DNA of 32,000 nt from Trichlorobacter lovleyi SZ (GCF_000020385.1 NC_010814.1:2370001-2402000), one strand, 5' to 3'; positions 9,172 to 18,920 are shown, counted from the stretch's first letter. The notes: generated from the letters alone by a model not told the origin. Program-made: numbers and translations.

Positions 9172-10019
9172 CAGCAGCTCCTTTCCTGATCAATCCTGCT
9201 CAGTTCCCGCAGGGTGATACAGAGGTTTTCATCACGTACCAGGGGAGAGCTGATCCGCTCACGCCGCAGTTCGGCATCAGTAAGCGAAACCTGCAGAATG
9301 GCTGGTTCAAACTCAGGTGCAGCAGCAACCACCTCACCTGATGGAGCCACCAGATGTGAGCCCCCCCAGAAACCGACCCCGTCTTCATACCCCACCCGGT
9401 TGACATACACGACCCGGCAGGTCAGAAAACGGGCTGTTGAGGTGGTCAGATTGCGCCAGGCAGTTGCCGTACCCAGCGTCTGCTCATCCACGCCACGGCC
9501 AGGGCTGCTGGAGAGACAGACCAGGGTAGTTGCACCGTCCATGGCCAACAGGTAGGGGGCAGAGAGGTGCCACATATCCTCACAAACCAGCAGACCTACC
9601 CGTCCGAACTTGGTGTCAAAGGCACGGAAGCGGTCACCACGTCCAAGGTAGCGCTGTTCATCAAACAGGCCATAGGTGGGCAGGTAGACCTTGCGGTGCA
9701 GGTGCTTCAGCTCACCATCCTCAAACCAGGCAGCGCTGTTGTAAAATTGAAAATCAGCGGTCACCTCTACAAAACCAACCGCAATACTGATTCTTTGGGA
9801 TAGCTCCTTGAGGATGGCTATCTCCGGGCTATCCAGGGGCAGGGCAACCTCCGGCACCAGATCTTTCAGAAAATAGCCGGTCAGGGCCAGTTCCGGCAGC
9901 ACGGCCAGATCGGCCTTCTGGGCAATGGCCTGTTCCACCTGTTCCTGAATCAGGGCCAGGTTGTCAGCCACCCGGCCAAGTTTGGGTTTTATCTGCAGTA
10001 GAGCAACACTGAAATCCAT
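9171..10019 (-). CDS. Carbon-nitrogen hydrolase (nitrilase superfamily), likely the glutaminase partner of NadE
   Basis: 282 aa. Putative C-N hydrolase catalytic triad context: PELALTGY (Glu), HRKVYLP (Lys), GLLVCEDMW (Cys). Its stop overlaps the nadE start by 1 nt (TGATG). Confidence 0.8.
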   Translation of the reverse strand: MDFSVALLQIKPKLGRVADNLALIQEQVEQAIAQKADLAVLPELALTGYFLKDLVPEVALPLDSPEIAILKELSQRISIAVGFVEVTADFQFYNSAAWFEDGELKHLHRKVYLPTYGLFDEQRYLGRGDRFRAFDTKFGRVGLLVCEDMWHLSAPYLLAMDGATTLVCLSSSPGRGVDEQTLGTATAWRNLTTSTARFLTCRVVYVNRVGYEDGVGFWGGSHLVAPSGEVVAAAPEFEPAILQVSLTDAELRRERISSPLVRDENLCITLRELSRIDQERSC

Positions 10020-10030
10020 CTCATACTCCT

Positions 10031-10414
10031 CTAATAGGCAAGGTCAAAGGCATTGGGTATATGCTCAATGGTCGGCTCGCTGCCATCTTGCAGCAAAACA
10101 GCGATCACGTCAAACCGTGCCGTGCATTCGTGCAGTCTGTTTTTTGAAATCCATGCAAGCGCACCTTTACTGATCTGATGCTGTTTGCGTTGGGTAACCG
10201 CCAACTGGGGCAGGCCATAGGCCAGACTGCGGCGGGTCTTGACCTCTACAAAGGCGATGCAGCCCTGTCGGTCTTTGGCCACGATGTCCACCTCACCGCC
10301 CCGACTGCGGAAGTTGCGTTCAAGAATGCGATAGCCCTGTTTGACAAGGTAATCAGCTGCGGTCTGTTCGCCCAGGTCTCCAACAGCCTGATTACCCTTG
10401 CCGATCAAAGGCAT
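10031..10414 (-). CDS. yraN: YraN family (UPF0102) endonuclease-like protein
   Basis: 127 aa. GEQTAADYLVKQGYRILERNFRSRGGEVDIVAKD...FVEVKTR is the canonical YraN signature. Confidence 0.85.
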   Translation of the reverse strand: MPLIGKGNQAVGDLGEQTAADYLVKQGYRILERNFRSRGGEVDIVAKDRQGCIAFVEVKTRRSLAYGLPQLAVTQRKQHQISKGALAWISKNRLHECTARFDVIAVLLQDGSEPTIEHIPNAFDLAY

Positions 10415-11967
10415 TGTGCTGCCCTGATACGGTGATACGCTGCCAGTTCCTGTTCAAAACGTTGCTGATCAAGAGGCTTCAGGCCATTGGCAGATTCAGT
10501 AAAGAACTGCTGCGGCAGGCTATCGTCAGCAGCAGTAAAACCGCACTGCTGGTTAAACAGCCGTTCCTTCTGGACAGTCCGGCGACCGATCCTGATCAGA
10601 TCAGCAGGGCTGTACCCCTGACCAATAACCGCTGACAGCAGAGCTGCCAACTCTTCCAGCTCAACCGCTGCAGAGGCAAACCGGCAGAGTGACAGGCAAT
10701 CTACAGCAGCATTGGCATCCTCAAACATGGCAATCACTCTAGCCTTGCCGTCAAAGGAGAAACGATCCGTGGGAACCGGTTTACGCAGGATTTCCGAGGC
10801 GATCGGCCAGGCAGGCAGATGGCTGCCACCATGAGGTGAAGTAGCATAGGCCAGGGCCAGACCGGTGGAGGCGCGAGGGTCATAAGGAGGCAGATCAAGC
10901 CCCTTGACAGTCATGGCCGTTTCTCCTGCTCCCGCTGTTTTTTCAGAGGCATAGGAGACCGGATCAACGCCCTGATCACGGCACCAGCTGCATAACTCAA
11001 TGATCTGCTCCAGATCATCCAGACCACACAGGCCGCCAAAGGCCGCCAACTGGTCATACTCCGGCAGCAGCGTTCCATCTGATACAATCCGTTTGCAAGC
11101 CACCGTACAGTCATAACAGCCACCCGGCTGCGGATGAAACCGTTGCCGCAGGGCATGGGCATTCCAACGGGTCTCGTCGCCGGTGAATGAGGCAAAATGT
11201 CTGCCCGGCAGCATGCCGCGCTGTTTCAGCAGATCCACCAAGGCAGAAGTACCATATTCGCGGATACCTAGTGGCCCCAGCAGAAACGGCGAGGCACGAA
11301 AGAGCCGCATCAGGTCTTCCAGGGCCTTGCCCAAACCGGCTTGATCAGCAATTGCCGCTGTTGCCGGACCGGTTTTCAGCACAATTCCTTTCAGCCTTTT
11401 ACTGCCCATCACCGCACCAAGCCCGCCACGACTGAACGGTTCACCGGATGCTGTTTCAACAGAGGCGTACCGTACCTGCTGCTCTCCAGCAGGGCCGATA
11501 ACAGCAGCAGCGCCAAACTGACCCAACTGCTGCAAGGCTGCCCCACAGCCTAGCCCCCAGAGCTGGTCAGCAGGAATCAGACGTTCACCTGTCGGCCCGA
11601 TCTCCAGCAGACAGGGGCTGGCTGCCGTACCCTGCACCAGAACCGCTGTCAGACCGGCACCCAGCAGACACGGCCCCAGAGGACCGCCACTGGTACTACT
11701 GAAGATGGTGTTGGTAAGCGGAGACCGACCGGTCAGCACACAACGGGAAGACATCGGTACCGGCGTACCGCACAGCGGGCCGATGGTCAATACCAGCGGC
11801 ATCTCAGGGCTGAGCGGATCAAGGCCGGCATACTCCTGCAACAAGGCAGTGCCCAGGCCTCGCCCACCCAGACAATCCTGCAGCAGCGAGGCTGCAAGCA
11901 GCTCCCGCTGACAGCTGCCGGTTGTCAGATCAACCCGCAGCAGATATCCGGCTGAAGCAGGTGCCAC
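10405..11967 (-). CDS. Aldehyde:ferredoxin oxidoreductase family protein (tungsto/molybdopterin), short 520 aa form
   Basis: GTG start with AGGAG 11 nt upstream. AFOR N-domain opening (LLRVDLTTG). [4Fe-4S] motif CYDCTVAC (CxxCxxxC) plus a distal CLSLC. Confidence 0.75.
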   Translation of the reverse strand: MAPASAGYLLRVDLTTGSCQRELLAASLLQDCLGGRGLGTALLQEYAGLDPLSPEMPLVLTIGPLCGTPVPMSSRCVLTGRSPLTNTIFSSTSGGPLGPCLLGAGLTAVLVQGTAASPCLLEIGPTGERLIPADQLWGLGCGAALQQLGQFGAAAVIGPAGEQQVRYASVETASGEPFSRGGLGAVMGSKRLKGIVLKTGPATAAIADQAGLGKALEDLMRLFRASPFLLGPLGIREYGTSALVDLLKQRGMLPGRHFASFTGDETRWNAHALRQRFHPQPGGCYDCTVACKRIVSDGTLLPEYDQLAAFGGLCGLDDLEQIIELCSWCRDQGVDPVSYASEKTAGAGETAMTVKGLDLPPYDPRASTGLALAYATSPHGGSHLPAWPIASEILRKPVPTDRFSFDGKARVIAMFEDANAAVDCLSLCRFASAAVELEELAALLSAVIGQGYSPADLIRIGRRTVQKERLFNQQCGFTAADDSLPQQFFTESANGLKPLDQQRFEQELAAYHRIRAAQCL

Positions 11968-11975
11968 GAATCAGC

Positions 11976-12275
11976 CTACTCCTGACCGGTTGGCAGTACA
12001 ATCACCGGCTTCACTGCGGCACGGTACAGCAGGAAGGTCTTGCCCAGCACCTGGGCAACATCTGAACCGGTGGCTTCCGACAGCGCCTCTGCAGCCTCGT
12101 GACGATCAAGCATGCAGTTCTCCAGCACCTTTACCTTGATCAATTCATGACAGGCCAGGGCAGCCTCGGTTTCAGCAATCAAGGCCTCATCCAGCTCTTT
12201 TTTACCGATCAGAATGACCGGTTTCAGACTGTGTCCCAATCCGCGCAGATGACGTTTTTGTTTTCCCGTTAACAT
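11976..12275 (-). CDS. yhbY: YhbY/CRS1-type RNA-binding ribosome-assembly protein
   Basis: The conserved sequence starts at internal Met MLTGKQKRHLRGLGHSLKPVILIGKKEL (ATG at 12275). The 35-codon upstream extension in the ORF track has no homology-like content. Confidence 0.8.
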   Translation of the reverse strand: MLTGKQKRHLRGLGHSLKPVILIGKKELDEALIAETEAALACHELIKVKVLENCMLDRHEAAEALSEATGSDVAQVLGKTFLLYRAAVKPVIVLPTGQE

Positions 12276-12487
12276 AATAAGCTCAATCCTTTCACGCTGA
12301 AACATCAAGGAATACGATATAGCACACCCCACAAGCCAGGCACCAGCAGAATCCTGCACAATCCAACGGACTTTCAGCAAAGAGTGTGTACATTTTTTTA
12401 CTATTGTGCTACAAAAACTCTGTTTATCGTCATCATGGGCTGCATATTCAGCAGCACATATCTGCCTTAAGGAGAAGCATCAACCCT

Positions 12488-14542
12488 ATGAAGTCAAGAA
12501 AATACCCGATTTCCCACGCTCTGACATCGTTTAATCATACCACGGTAGCACCAGTGGAAGCTCCGGCCCCTATCAGTGTCAAGAGCCCCGCAAAAGTCCA
12601 CCGTCTGCCCTCTTCGATCTGGAAGAAGATGGAGGGCAGCGCAGGCAATCCTTTGGATAAGGCCGTTGAACTGACCCGCGACTTCTTTTTCCGGGAGCAA
12701 TTGCCGGATGGTTACTGGTGGGCAGAGCTTGAATCAAACGTCACCATTACGGCAGAGTACATCATGCTGTTCCACTTCCTTGGCATGGTTGACAAGGACA
12801 AAGAGCGCAAGATGGCCAACTATCTGCTGCGCCAGCAGACTGAAGAAGGCTACTGGACGGTCTGGCACAACGGACCGGGTGACCTTTCCACCACCATTGA
12901 AGCCTACTTCGCCCTGAAGCTGGCCGGCTATCATGCTGATCACATTGCCCTGCGTAAAGCCCGCGACTTTATCCTGGCCAATGGCGGCATCCTGAAGTCA
13001 CGGGTTTTCACCAAAACGTTTCTGGCCATGTTCGGTGAGTTCTCCTGGCTGGGGGTTCCCTCCATGCCGATCGAGCTGATGCTGTTGCCTGACTGGGCCT
13101 ACCTGAATGTCTATGAATTCTCCAGCTGGGCCCGTGCCACCATCATCCCGATGTCTGTGTTAATGGCCAATCGTCCGGTCTATAAACTACCGCCCCATGC
13201 ACGGGTGCAGGAGCTGTACGTGCGTCCGCCCCGGCCCACCGATTACACCTTTACCAAGGAAGACGGCATCTTCTCCCTGAAGAACTTCTTTATCGGTGTA
13301 GATCACCTGCTCAAGATCTACGAATCAAGCCCGATCCGCCCTTTCAAGAAGCGGGCAACCGAAAAGGTGGAACAATGGATACTTGAACACCAGGAGAAAA
13401 CCGGTGACTGGGGCGGCATCCAGCCCGCCATGCTGAACGCCATCCTGGCGCTGCACTGCCTGGGCTATGCCAATGACCATCCGGCCGTGGCAAAAGGCTT
13501 GGAGGCCCTGGCCAATTTTACGATTGAAGACAGTGACTCCTTGGTGCTGCAATCATGCATCTCACCGGTCTGGGATACGGCACTGGTGCTGCAAGCCATG
13601 CAGGAGGCCAGTGTTCCTTTGGATCACCCGTCTCTGATCAAGGCGTCCCAGTGGCTGCTCGATCGTGAGGTACGGATCAAGGGCGACTGGAAGATTAAAT
13701 CACCTGATCTGGAACCTGGCGGCTGGGCCTTTGAATTTCAGAACGACTGGTACCCCGACGTGGACGACTCGACAGCCGTGATGATCGCTATCAAGGATAT
13801 CAAAGTCAAGAACACCAAAGCCCGTCAGGATGCCATCCGGCGCGGCATTGACTGGTGTCTGGGGATGCAGAGCGAAAACGGCGGCTGGGCAGCCTTTGAC
13901 AAAGACAACACCAAGCATATGCTGAACAAGATCCCGTTTGCTGATCTGGAGGCATTGATCGACCCCCCTACTGCTGATCTGACCGGGAGGATGCTGGAGC
14001 TGATGGGCAATTTTGGCTACACCAAAGACCATCCCCAGGCAGTCAGCGCCCTGGAGTTTCTAAAAAACGAACAGGAGCCGGAGGGCCCCTGGTTCGGCAG
14101 ATGGGGCGTCAACTACATTTACGGCACGTGGTATGTGTTGATCGGGCTGGAGGCGATCGGCGAGGACATGAACAGCCCCTATATCAAGAAGTCGGTCAAC
14201 TGGATCAAGTCCCGGCAGAACCTGGATGGAGGTTGGGGTGAAGTCTGTGATTCCTACTGGGACCGCACCCTGATGGGCTGCGGCCCCAGCACCGCCTCCC
14301 AGACATCCTGGGCCCTGATGGCCCTGATGGCCGCCGGTGAGGTCGGCTGCCAGGCGGTTGAGCGGGGGATTCAGTATCTACTGGCCACCCAGAACAGTGA
14401 CGGCACCTGGGATGAAGAGGCATTTACCGGCACCGGTTTCCCCAAGTATTTCATGATCAAGTACCATATTTATCGCAACTGCTTCCCGCTGACCGCCTTG
14501 GGCAGATATCGCCGGCTGACGGCGGGGACGCACGCACAGTAA
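12488..14542 (+). CDS. shc: Squalene-hopene cyclase
   Basis: Multiple QW repeats, the DVDDS(T)A catalytic aspartate motif and GGWGE repeats. Start chosen at ATG 12488, which follows AAGGAG. The track ORF begins at 12386. Confidence 0.9.
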   Translation: MKSRKYPISHALTSFNHTTVAPVEAPAPISVKSPAKVHRLPSSIWKKMEGSAGNPLDKAVELTRDFFFREQLPDGYWWAELESNVTITAEYIMLFHFLGMVDKDKERKMANYLLRQQTEEGYWTVWHNGPGDLSTTIEAYFALKLAGYHADHIALRKARDFILANGGILKSRVFTKTFLAMFGEFSWLGVPSMPIELMLLPDWAYLNVYEFSSWARATIIPMSVLMANRPVYKLPPHARVQELYVRPPRPTDYTFTKEDGIFSLKNFFIGVDHLLKIYESSPIRPFKKRATEKVEQWILEHQEKTGDWGGIQPAMLNAILALHCLGYANDHPAVAKGLEALANFTIEDSDSLVLQSCISPVWDTALVLQAMQEASVPLDHPSLIKASQWLLDREVRIKGDWKIKSPDLEPGGWAFEFQNDWYPDVDDSTAVMIAIKDIKVKNTKARQDAIRRGIDWCLGMQSENGGWAAFDKDNTKHMLNKIPFADLEALIDPPTADLTGRMLELMGNFGYTKDHPQAVSALEFLKNEQEPEGPWFGRWGVNYIYGTWYVLIGLEAIGEDMNSPYIKKSVNWIKSRQNLDGGWGEVCDSYWDRTLMGCGPSTASQTSWALMALMAAGEVGCQAVERGIQYLLATQNSDGTWDEEAFTGTGFPKYFMIKYHIYRNCFPLTALGRYRRLTAGTHAQ

Positions 14543-14571
14543 CAACCAGCCGCAGTAACAGCCACGTACGG

Positions 14572-14604
14572 GAAGCCCCGCTGTTGCAAGACGGGGCTTT
14601 TCCC
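14572..14604 (+). terminator. Weak terminator/attenuator-like hairpin between shc and hpnA
   Basis: GAAGCCCCG (14572-14580) / CGGGGCTTT (14592-14600), followed by only a short T tract (TTTTCCC). Confidence 0.35.
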
Positions 14605-14627
14605 ATTCTGGAGAGACGAGACAGACC

Positions 14628-15617
14628 ATGAAGGCTTTTGTCACCGGCGCCACCGGCTTTATCGGCGCCAGTATAGTGCGGGAACTGTTGAAGGATGGCC
14701 ACAGAGTTGCGGCACTGGTCAGGAACGGATCTGATACCGCCAACCTTCAGGGGCTTGACGTCACCATCCTGCGGGGTGATCTGCATGACCAACAGCAGCT
14801 TGAGCAGGGCATGGCCGGCTGCGATTGGGCCTTTCATGCTGCTGCCGATTACCGGCTCTGGTGTCCTGAACCACAAGCCATGTACCATGCCAATGTGGAT
14901 GGCACCCGTACCCTGTTGGCTGCAGCACTTGCTAGCGGTGTGACACGGGTGGTGTACACCAGCAGTGTCGGCACCCTGGGCAACCCCGGCAATGGCACGC
15001 CAGGCACGGAAGAGACACCGGTCAGCCTGACCGACATGGTGGGAGACTATAAAAAGAGTAAGTTTCTGGCAGAGCGGGAAGCGGAAAAATTCGTTGACAA
15101 GGGTCTTGGCCTGATTATAGTCAACCCTTCCACCCCGGTGGGGCCGTTTGACATCAAACCAACCCCTACCGGCAAGATCATTGTGGATTTTTTGAACCGC
15201 AAGATGCCGGCCTACCTTGATACCGGCCTGAATCTGATCGCCGTGGAAGACTGCGCCCGAGGCCATATCCTGGCAGCGGAAAAAGGACGGATCGGCCAGA
15301 AATACATCCTTGGCAACCGGGATCTCACCCTGCGGGATATCTTCGGCATGCTTGAGCAGCTGACCGGCCTTGCAGCCCCCAGGGTGCGTCTGCCCTACAC
15401 GCCGATCCTGCTGGCTGCCTATGTAAACGAGGCAGTTTCACGGCTGACCGGCAGAGAACCGCTGATTCCGTTGGCCGGTGTCCAGATGGCAAAGAAATTC
15501 ATGTTTTTCGATGCATCCAAGGCAGTGCATGAACTGGGGCTTCCCCAGACTCCGGTAGAAGAGGCACTTAAGCGGGCTGTTGACTGGTTCCGTTTCAATG
15601 GCTATGCCTCTGCATAA
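14628..15617 (+). CDS. hpnA: Hopanoid-associated NAD-dependent sugar epimerase HpnA
   Basis: Rossmann motif [20 protein letters not shown] extended-family layout, and position between shc and hpnH. Confidence 0.8.
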   Translation: MKAFVTGATGFIGASIVRELLKDGHRVAALVRNGSDTANLQGLDVTILRGDLHDQQQLEQGMAGCDWAFHAAADYRLWCPEPQAMYHANVDGTRTLLAAALASGVTRVVYTSSVGTLGNPGNGTPGTEETPVSLTDMVGDYKKSKFLAEREAEKFVDKGLGLIIVNPSTPVGPFDIKPTPTGKIIVDFLNRKMPAYLDTGLNLIAVEDCARGHILAAEKGRIGQKYILGNRDLTLRDIFGMLEQLTGLAAPRVRLPYTPILLAAYVNEAVSRLTGREPLIPLAGVQMAKKFMFFDASKAVHELGLPQTPVEEALKRAVDWFRFNGYASA

Positions 15618-15627
15618 GGAAACCGTT

Positions 15628-17496
15628 ATGTTACTTGAAACCATACAGAACCCTGCTGACCTGAAAAAGCTGACACCGGAACAACTCCCGGATTTGGCTG
15701 AAGAAATCCGCTCTTTTCTGCTCTCAACCGTATCGGAAACCGGTGGACACCTGGGGTCAAACCTTGGTGCGGTCGAGCTGTCCCTGGCCCTGCATTACTG
15801 TTTTAGCACCCCGCAGGACAAGATTGTCTGGGATGTTGGTCACCAGGCATACACCCACAAGCTGTTGACCGGACGCCGGGATCGCTTTGCCACCCAACGC
15901 CAGTACAAAGGGATATCCGGCTTCCCCAAACGGTGCGAATCAGAACATGATGCCTTTGGCGTGGGGCACGCATCCACCTCCATCTCCGCTGCCCTGGGCA
16001 TGGCGGTTGCCGACAACCTGGATCAGAAGAAGAATAATGTGATTGCCGTGATCGGCGACGGTTCCCTGACCGGCGGCATCGCCTTTGAAGGCCTGAACCA
16101 GGCCGGCCACCTCAAGAAAAATCTGATTGTGGTGCTGAACGACAACGAGATGTCCATCTCCAAGAACGTCGGTGCCTTTTCCGCCTTTGTCTCCCGTAAG
16201 ATGACCACCCGTCATTTCCGTGAATTGAAAAAGGAGATGAAGGAACTGCTGACCAGCATCCCGGCCTTTGGCAAGGATATCCTTAAGTTTGCCCGTCGCG
16301 CTGAAAACTCTCTCAAAGGTTTTTTGACCCCTGGCGCGCTGTTTGAGGCCCTGGGGTTTGACTACATCGGTCCGATTGACGGCCATGACCTGCCCGGCCT
16401 GATTGAAGTCTTCAATAATGCCCGTGAGTTTGACGGCCCGCTGCTGCTGCATGTCATGACCACCAAGGGCAAGGGCTACCGTCCGGCTGAAGAGACACCG
16501 GACAAATTCCACGGTGTAGGTGCCTTTGATCTCTCCACCGGCAAAGCACCGGCCAAGTCATCCACGATTTCCTACACTGAAGTCTTTGGACGCACCCTGG
16601 TTGATCTGGCCAAGGAAGATCCAAAAGTTGTCGCCATCACCGCTGCCATGCCGGACGGTACCGGTCTGAACTTCTTTAGCGATGCCCTGCCGGACCGTTT
16701 CTTTGATGTGGGTATTGCAGAGCAGCACGGCATCTGTTTTGCCGCTGGACTGGCTGCTGACGGCTTCAAGCCGGTGGCAGCGATCTACTCATCCTTCATG
16801 CAGCGGGCCTATGACCAGGTCTTCCATGATGTCTGCCTGCAGAACCTGCCGGTGGTAATCGCCATGGATCGCGCTGGACTGGTGGGTGATGATGGCCCCA
16901 CCCACCACGGCGTGTTTGACCTCTCATTCATGCGCCACCTGCCGGGCCTTACTTTTATGGCCCCCAAGGATGAAAATGAACTACGCCACATGCTCAAAAC
17001 CGCACTGGAACTGAAGGCCCCGGTGGCCCTGCGCTACCCCCGTGGAGCAGGCTATGGCGTGCCCCTGGATAAAAAAATGGAATGCCTGCCTATCGGCAAA
17101 GGTGAGCTGCTGCGGGAAGGCACTGACCTGACCATTGTTGCCATTGGTTCAACAGTCATGCCTGCGGTCAAGGCAGCTGAACAGCTTGCAGAGCAGGGAA
17201 TCAGCGCCGGTGTCGTAAATGCCCGTTTCATCAAGCCGCTGGATGCCGATCTGATCCTTGGTCAGGCCAGGGCAACCGGCAGGATTGTAACGGTTGAAGA
17301 AAACGTCCTGCAGGGCGGCTTTGGCAGTGCCGTGCTTGAACTGCTGCAGGATAACGCTATGTCACAGGTCAAGGTCAAACGGCTTGGCATACCGGATCAG
17401 TACATTGAACAGGGAACCCAGGCACAACTCCGTAAGGATGTGGGGATTGATGCTGATGGTATAGCAGCTGCAGTACAGGCGTTTCTGAAGAATTGA
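15628..17496 (+). CDS. dxs: 1-deoxy-D-xylulose-5-phosphate synthase
   Basis: Dxs sequence from [15 protein letters not shown], including [12 protein letters not shown], the ThDP motif GDGSLTGG...NDN and a transketolase-like C-terminus. ATG 15628 follows AAGGA, just after the hpnA stop. Confidence 0.92.
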   Translation: MLLETIQNPADLKKLTPEQLPDLAEEIRSFLLSTVSETGGHLGSNLGAVELSLALHYCFSTPQDKIVWDVGHQAYTHKLLTGRRDRFATQRQYKGISGFPKRCESEHDAFGVGHASTSISAALGMAVADNLDQKKNNVIAVIGDGSLTGGIAFEGLNQAGHLKKNLIVVLNDNEMSISKNVGAFSAFVSRKMTTRHFRELKKEMKELLTSIPAFGKDILKFARRAENSLKGFLTPGALFEALGFDYIGPIDGHDLPGLIEVFNNAREFDGPLLLHVMTTKGKGYRPAEETPDKFHGVGAFDLSTGKAPAKSSTISYTEVFGRTLVDLAKEDPKVVAITAAMPDGTGLNFFSDALPDRFFDVGIAEQHGICFAAGLAADGFKPVAAIYSSFMQRAYDQVFHDVCLQNLPVVIAMDRAGLVGDDGPTHHGVFDLSFMRHLPGLTFMAPKDENELRHMLKTALELKAPVALRYPRGAGYGVPLDKKMECLPIGKGELLREGTDLTIVAIGSTVMPAVKAAEQLAEQGISAGVVNARFIKPLDADLILGQARATGRIVTVEENVLQGGFGSAVLELLQDNAMSQVKVKRLGIPDQYIEQGTQAQLRKDVGIDADGIAAAVQAFLKN

Positions 17497-17509
17497 AAGG
17501 ATTGATTAC

Positions 17510-18511
17510 ATGCGTTTCCCCTGGCGTTTGAACTATGATTTGACCAAGTACATCATCAAAAACAACCTCAACAAGGTTGAGAAGTACCCGCTGGTATTGA
17601 TGCTGGAACCGACCCACCTCTGTAACCTGACCTGCTCCGGCTGTGGTCGTATCCGCGAGTATGCCAACACCATCAACGACATGATGTCGCTGGACGACTG
17701 CCTGAAGTCGGTTGATGAATGTCCGGCACCGGTGGTTACCATTACCGGTGGGGAGCCGTTTCTGTACCCCCATATTTATGAGTTGGTACAGGGGATACTG
17801 GACCGTGGCCGTCACATCATGTTTTGTACCAATGCCGTACTGATGGAAGAATCCATCAAAAAGATGCAGCCCCACCCCAACCTGACCTTTAACGTCCATA
17901 TGGATGGCCTGGAGCAGACCCACGACCGTATTCTGGAGCGCAAAGGCTGCTTCAAGACCGGTATGGCAGCGATCAAGGCAGCCAAGGCAAAGGGGTTCAG
18001 GGTCTGCACCAACACCACCATCTTCACCGACACCGATCTGGTGGAGATTGAGATGCTGTTCCAGCAGCTGGAAGAACTGGGAGTTGACGGTATCCTGGTG
18101 GCACCCGGCTTCAGCTATGAAGCGGTTGAAGAGGAAAAACAGTTCCTGGTCCGCCTGGAGATTGAAAAGAAGTTCCGTCAGGTCTATGAGATGAGCAAGA
18201 AGCACCGCTTCTGGTCCACCCCGATGTACCTGCGGTTCCTGAAGGGTGAGAAAAAACTGCAATGCACCCCCTGGGGCAACCCGACCCGCAACCCCCAGGG
18301 CTGGAAGGCCCCTTGCTACCTGATCACCGACGGTCACTACCCCACCTTCAAAGAGATGATGGAGCAGGTCAACTGGGATAGCTACGGCGTGGGCAAAGAC
18401 CCCCGTTGTGCCCAGTGCATGATGCACTGCGGCTTTGAACCGACGGTTGTGACTGAAGTAGGCAAAAGCCCCAAAGACATTCTTGAAATGATGCTCTGGA
18501 ACCTGTCATAA
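17510..18511 (+). CDS. hpnH: Adenosylhopane synthase HpnH (hopanoid-associated radical SAM)
   Basis: YPLVLMLEPTHLCNLTCSGCGRIREY is the HpnH-type CxxxCxxC context. 333 aa, in a hopanoid gene neighbourhood. Confidence 0.85.
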   Translation: MRFPWRLNYDLTKYIIKNNLNKVEKYPLVLMLEPTHLCNLTCSGCGRIREYANTINDMMSLDDCLKSVDECPAPVVTITGGEPFLYPHIYELVQGILDRGRHIMFCTNAVLMEESIKKMQPHPNLTFNVHMDGLEQTHDRILERKGCFKTGMAAIKAAKAKGFRVCTNTTIFTDTDLVEIEMLFQQLEELGVDGILVAPGFSYEAVEEEKQFLVRLEIEKKFRQVYEMSKKHRFWSTPMYLRFLKGEKKLQCTPWGNPTRNPQGWKAPCYLITDGHYPTFKEMMEQVNWDSYGVGKDPRCAQCMMHCGFEPTVVTEVGKSPKDILEMMLWNLS

Positions 18512-18538
18512 AAACACGATCTCGTGACGTAACCCACC

Positions 18539-18919
18539 ATGAAAAACCTCCTTCTGTATCTTCTGTTCATACTGGCCATGACCGCTTTCTGCCCCCATCA
18601 GGCAGAGGCGGTCCAGCCTCGTACCCCTCAGTTGCTCTACCCTTCAAGTAAACGGATTGTCATCTTTGTAGCTGATGGCTGAGGCTACTGTACCAAGGCG
18701 GAAAGTTATTTCGCCACACGCAATATCCCGTTTGAATCAAGAGACATTCAAAAGAGCCACCAGTTCTACCGTGAATGGCATGACCATTTTAACGGCGATA
18801 TTGTACCGCTGATCGTGTTTGATAACGGCAGGCAGGTGGTTGACAGCTTTGACCCACGGGCCATCAAACGGGCACTGAAGGTCATCGGTATTACCTCCAG
18901 AAACGGGAAGAAACCATAA
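18539..18919 (+). CDS. Secreted glutaredoxin/NrdH-fold protein with in-frame UGA (putative selenocysteine, U48) in a U-G-Y-C redox motif
   Basis: Manual translation: MKNLLLYLLFILAMTAFCPHQAEA|VQPRTPQLLYPSSKRIVIFVADG-U-GYCTKAESYFATRNIPFESRDIQKSHQFYREWHDHFNGDIVPLIVFDNGRQVVDSFDPRAIKRALKVIGITSRNGKKP*. The TGA at 18680-18682 sits where Grx has the first Cys of CxxC. The frame stays open for 78 further codons, with the cis-Pro (VP) and the beta-strand pattern of the Grx fold. Confidence 0.75.
18697..18715 (+). promoter_or_regulatory. SECIS-like hairpin downstream of the in-frame UGA
   Basis: GGCG-G-AAA / GUUA loop / UUUCGCC gives a 7 bp stem with one bulged G. The apical loop starts with GU. The stem begins 14 nt after the UGA and the loop 22 nt after it. 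Confidence 0.55.
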
Positions 18920-18920
18920 C

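Noticed and set aside
12386-12487. N-terminal extensions of track ORFs: shc from 12386, dxs from 15580, yhbY to 12380, intI to 30929, GAF from 28912, DUF1190 from TTG 22657
   Set aside because: The extensions lack family-like sequence. Internal ATGs with Shine-Dalgarno motifs coincide with the start of conserved sequence, and the dxs extension would overlap hpnA.
17375-18427. 350 aa minus-strand ORF. The same applies to other long antisense ORFs: 432-1007, 3432-4070, 14457-15266, 15940-16512, 18891-19415, 22963-23499, 23557-24099 and 26307-26972
   Set aside because: Each lies fully antisense to a gene with clear family motifs (hpnH, DUF748, hpnA, dxs, tatD, the rSAM enzyme, the thioesterase, fapA). 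Their translations are low-complexity and rich in R, G, P, Q and H, as is typical of shadow ORFs in GC-rich DNA.
18680-18682. TGA read as a genuine stop or pseudogene lesion, splitting a decayed glutaredoxin gene
   Set aside because: This is considered less likely. The TGA falls exactly on the redox-active position, the downstream frame is intact and retains the fold signature, a SECIS-like hairpin sits at the right distance, and the stop abuts the next gene. It still needs the checks listed in the finding.
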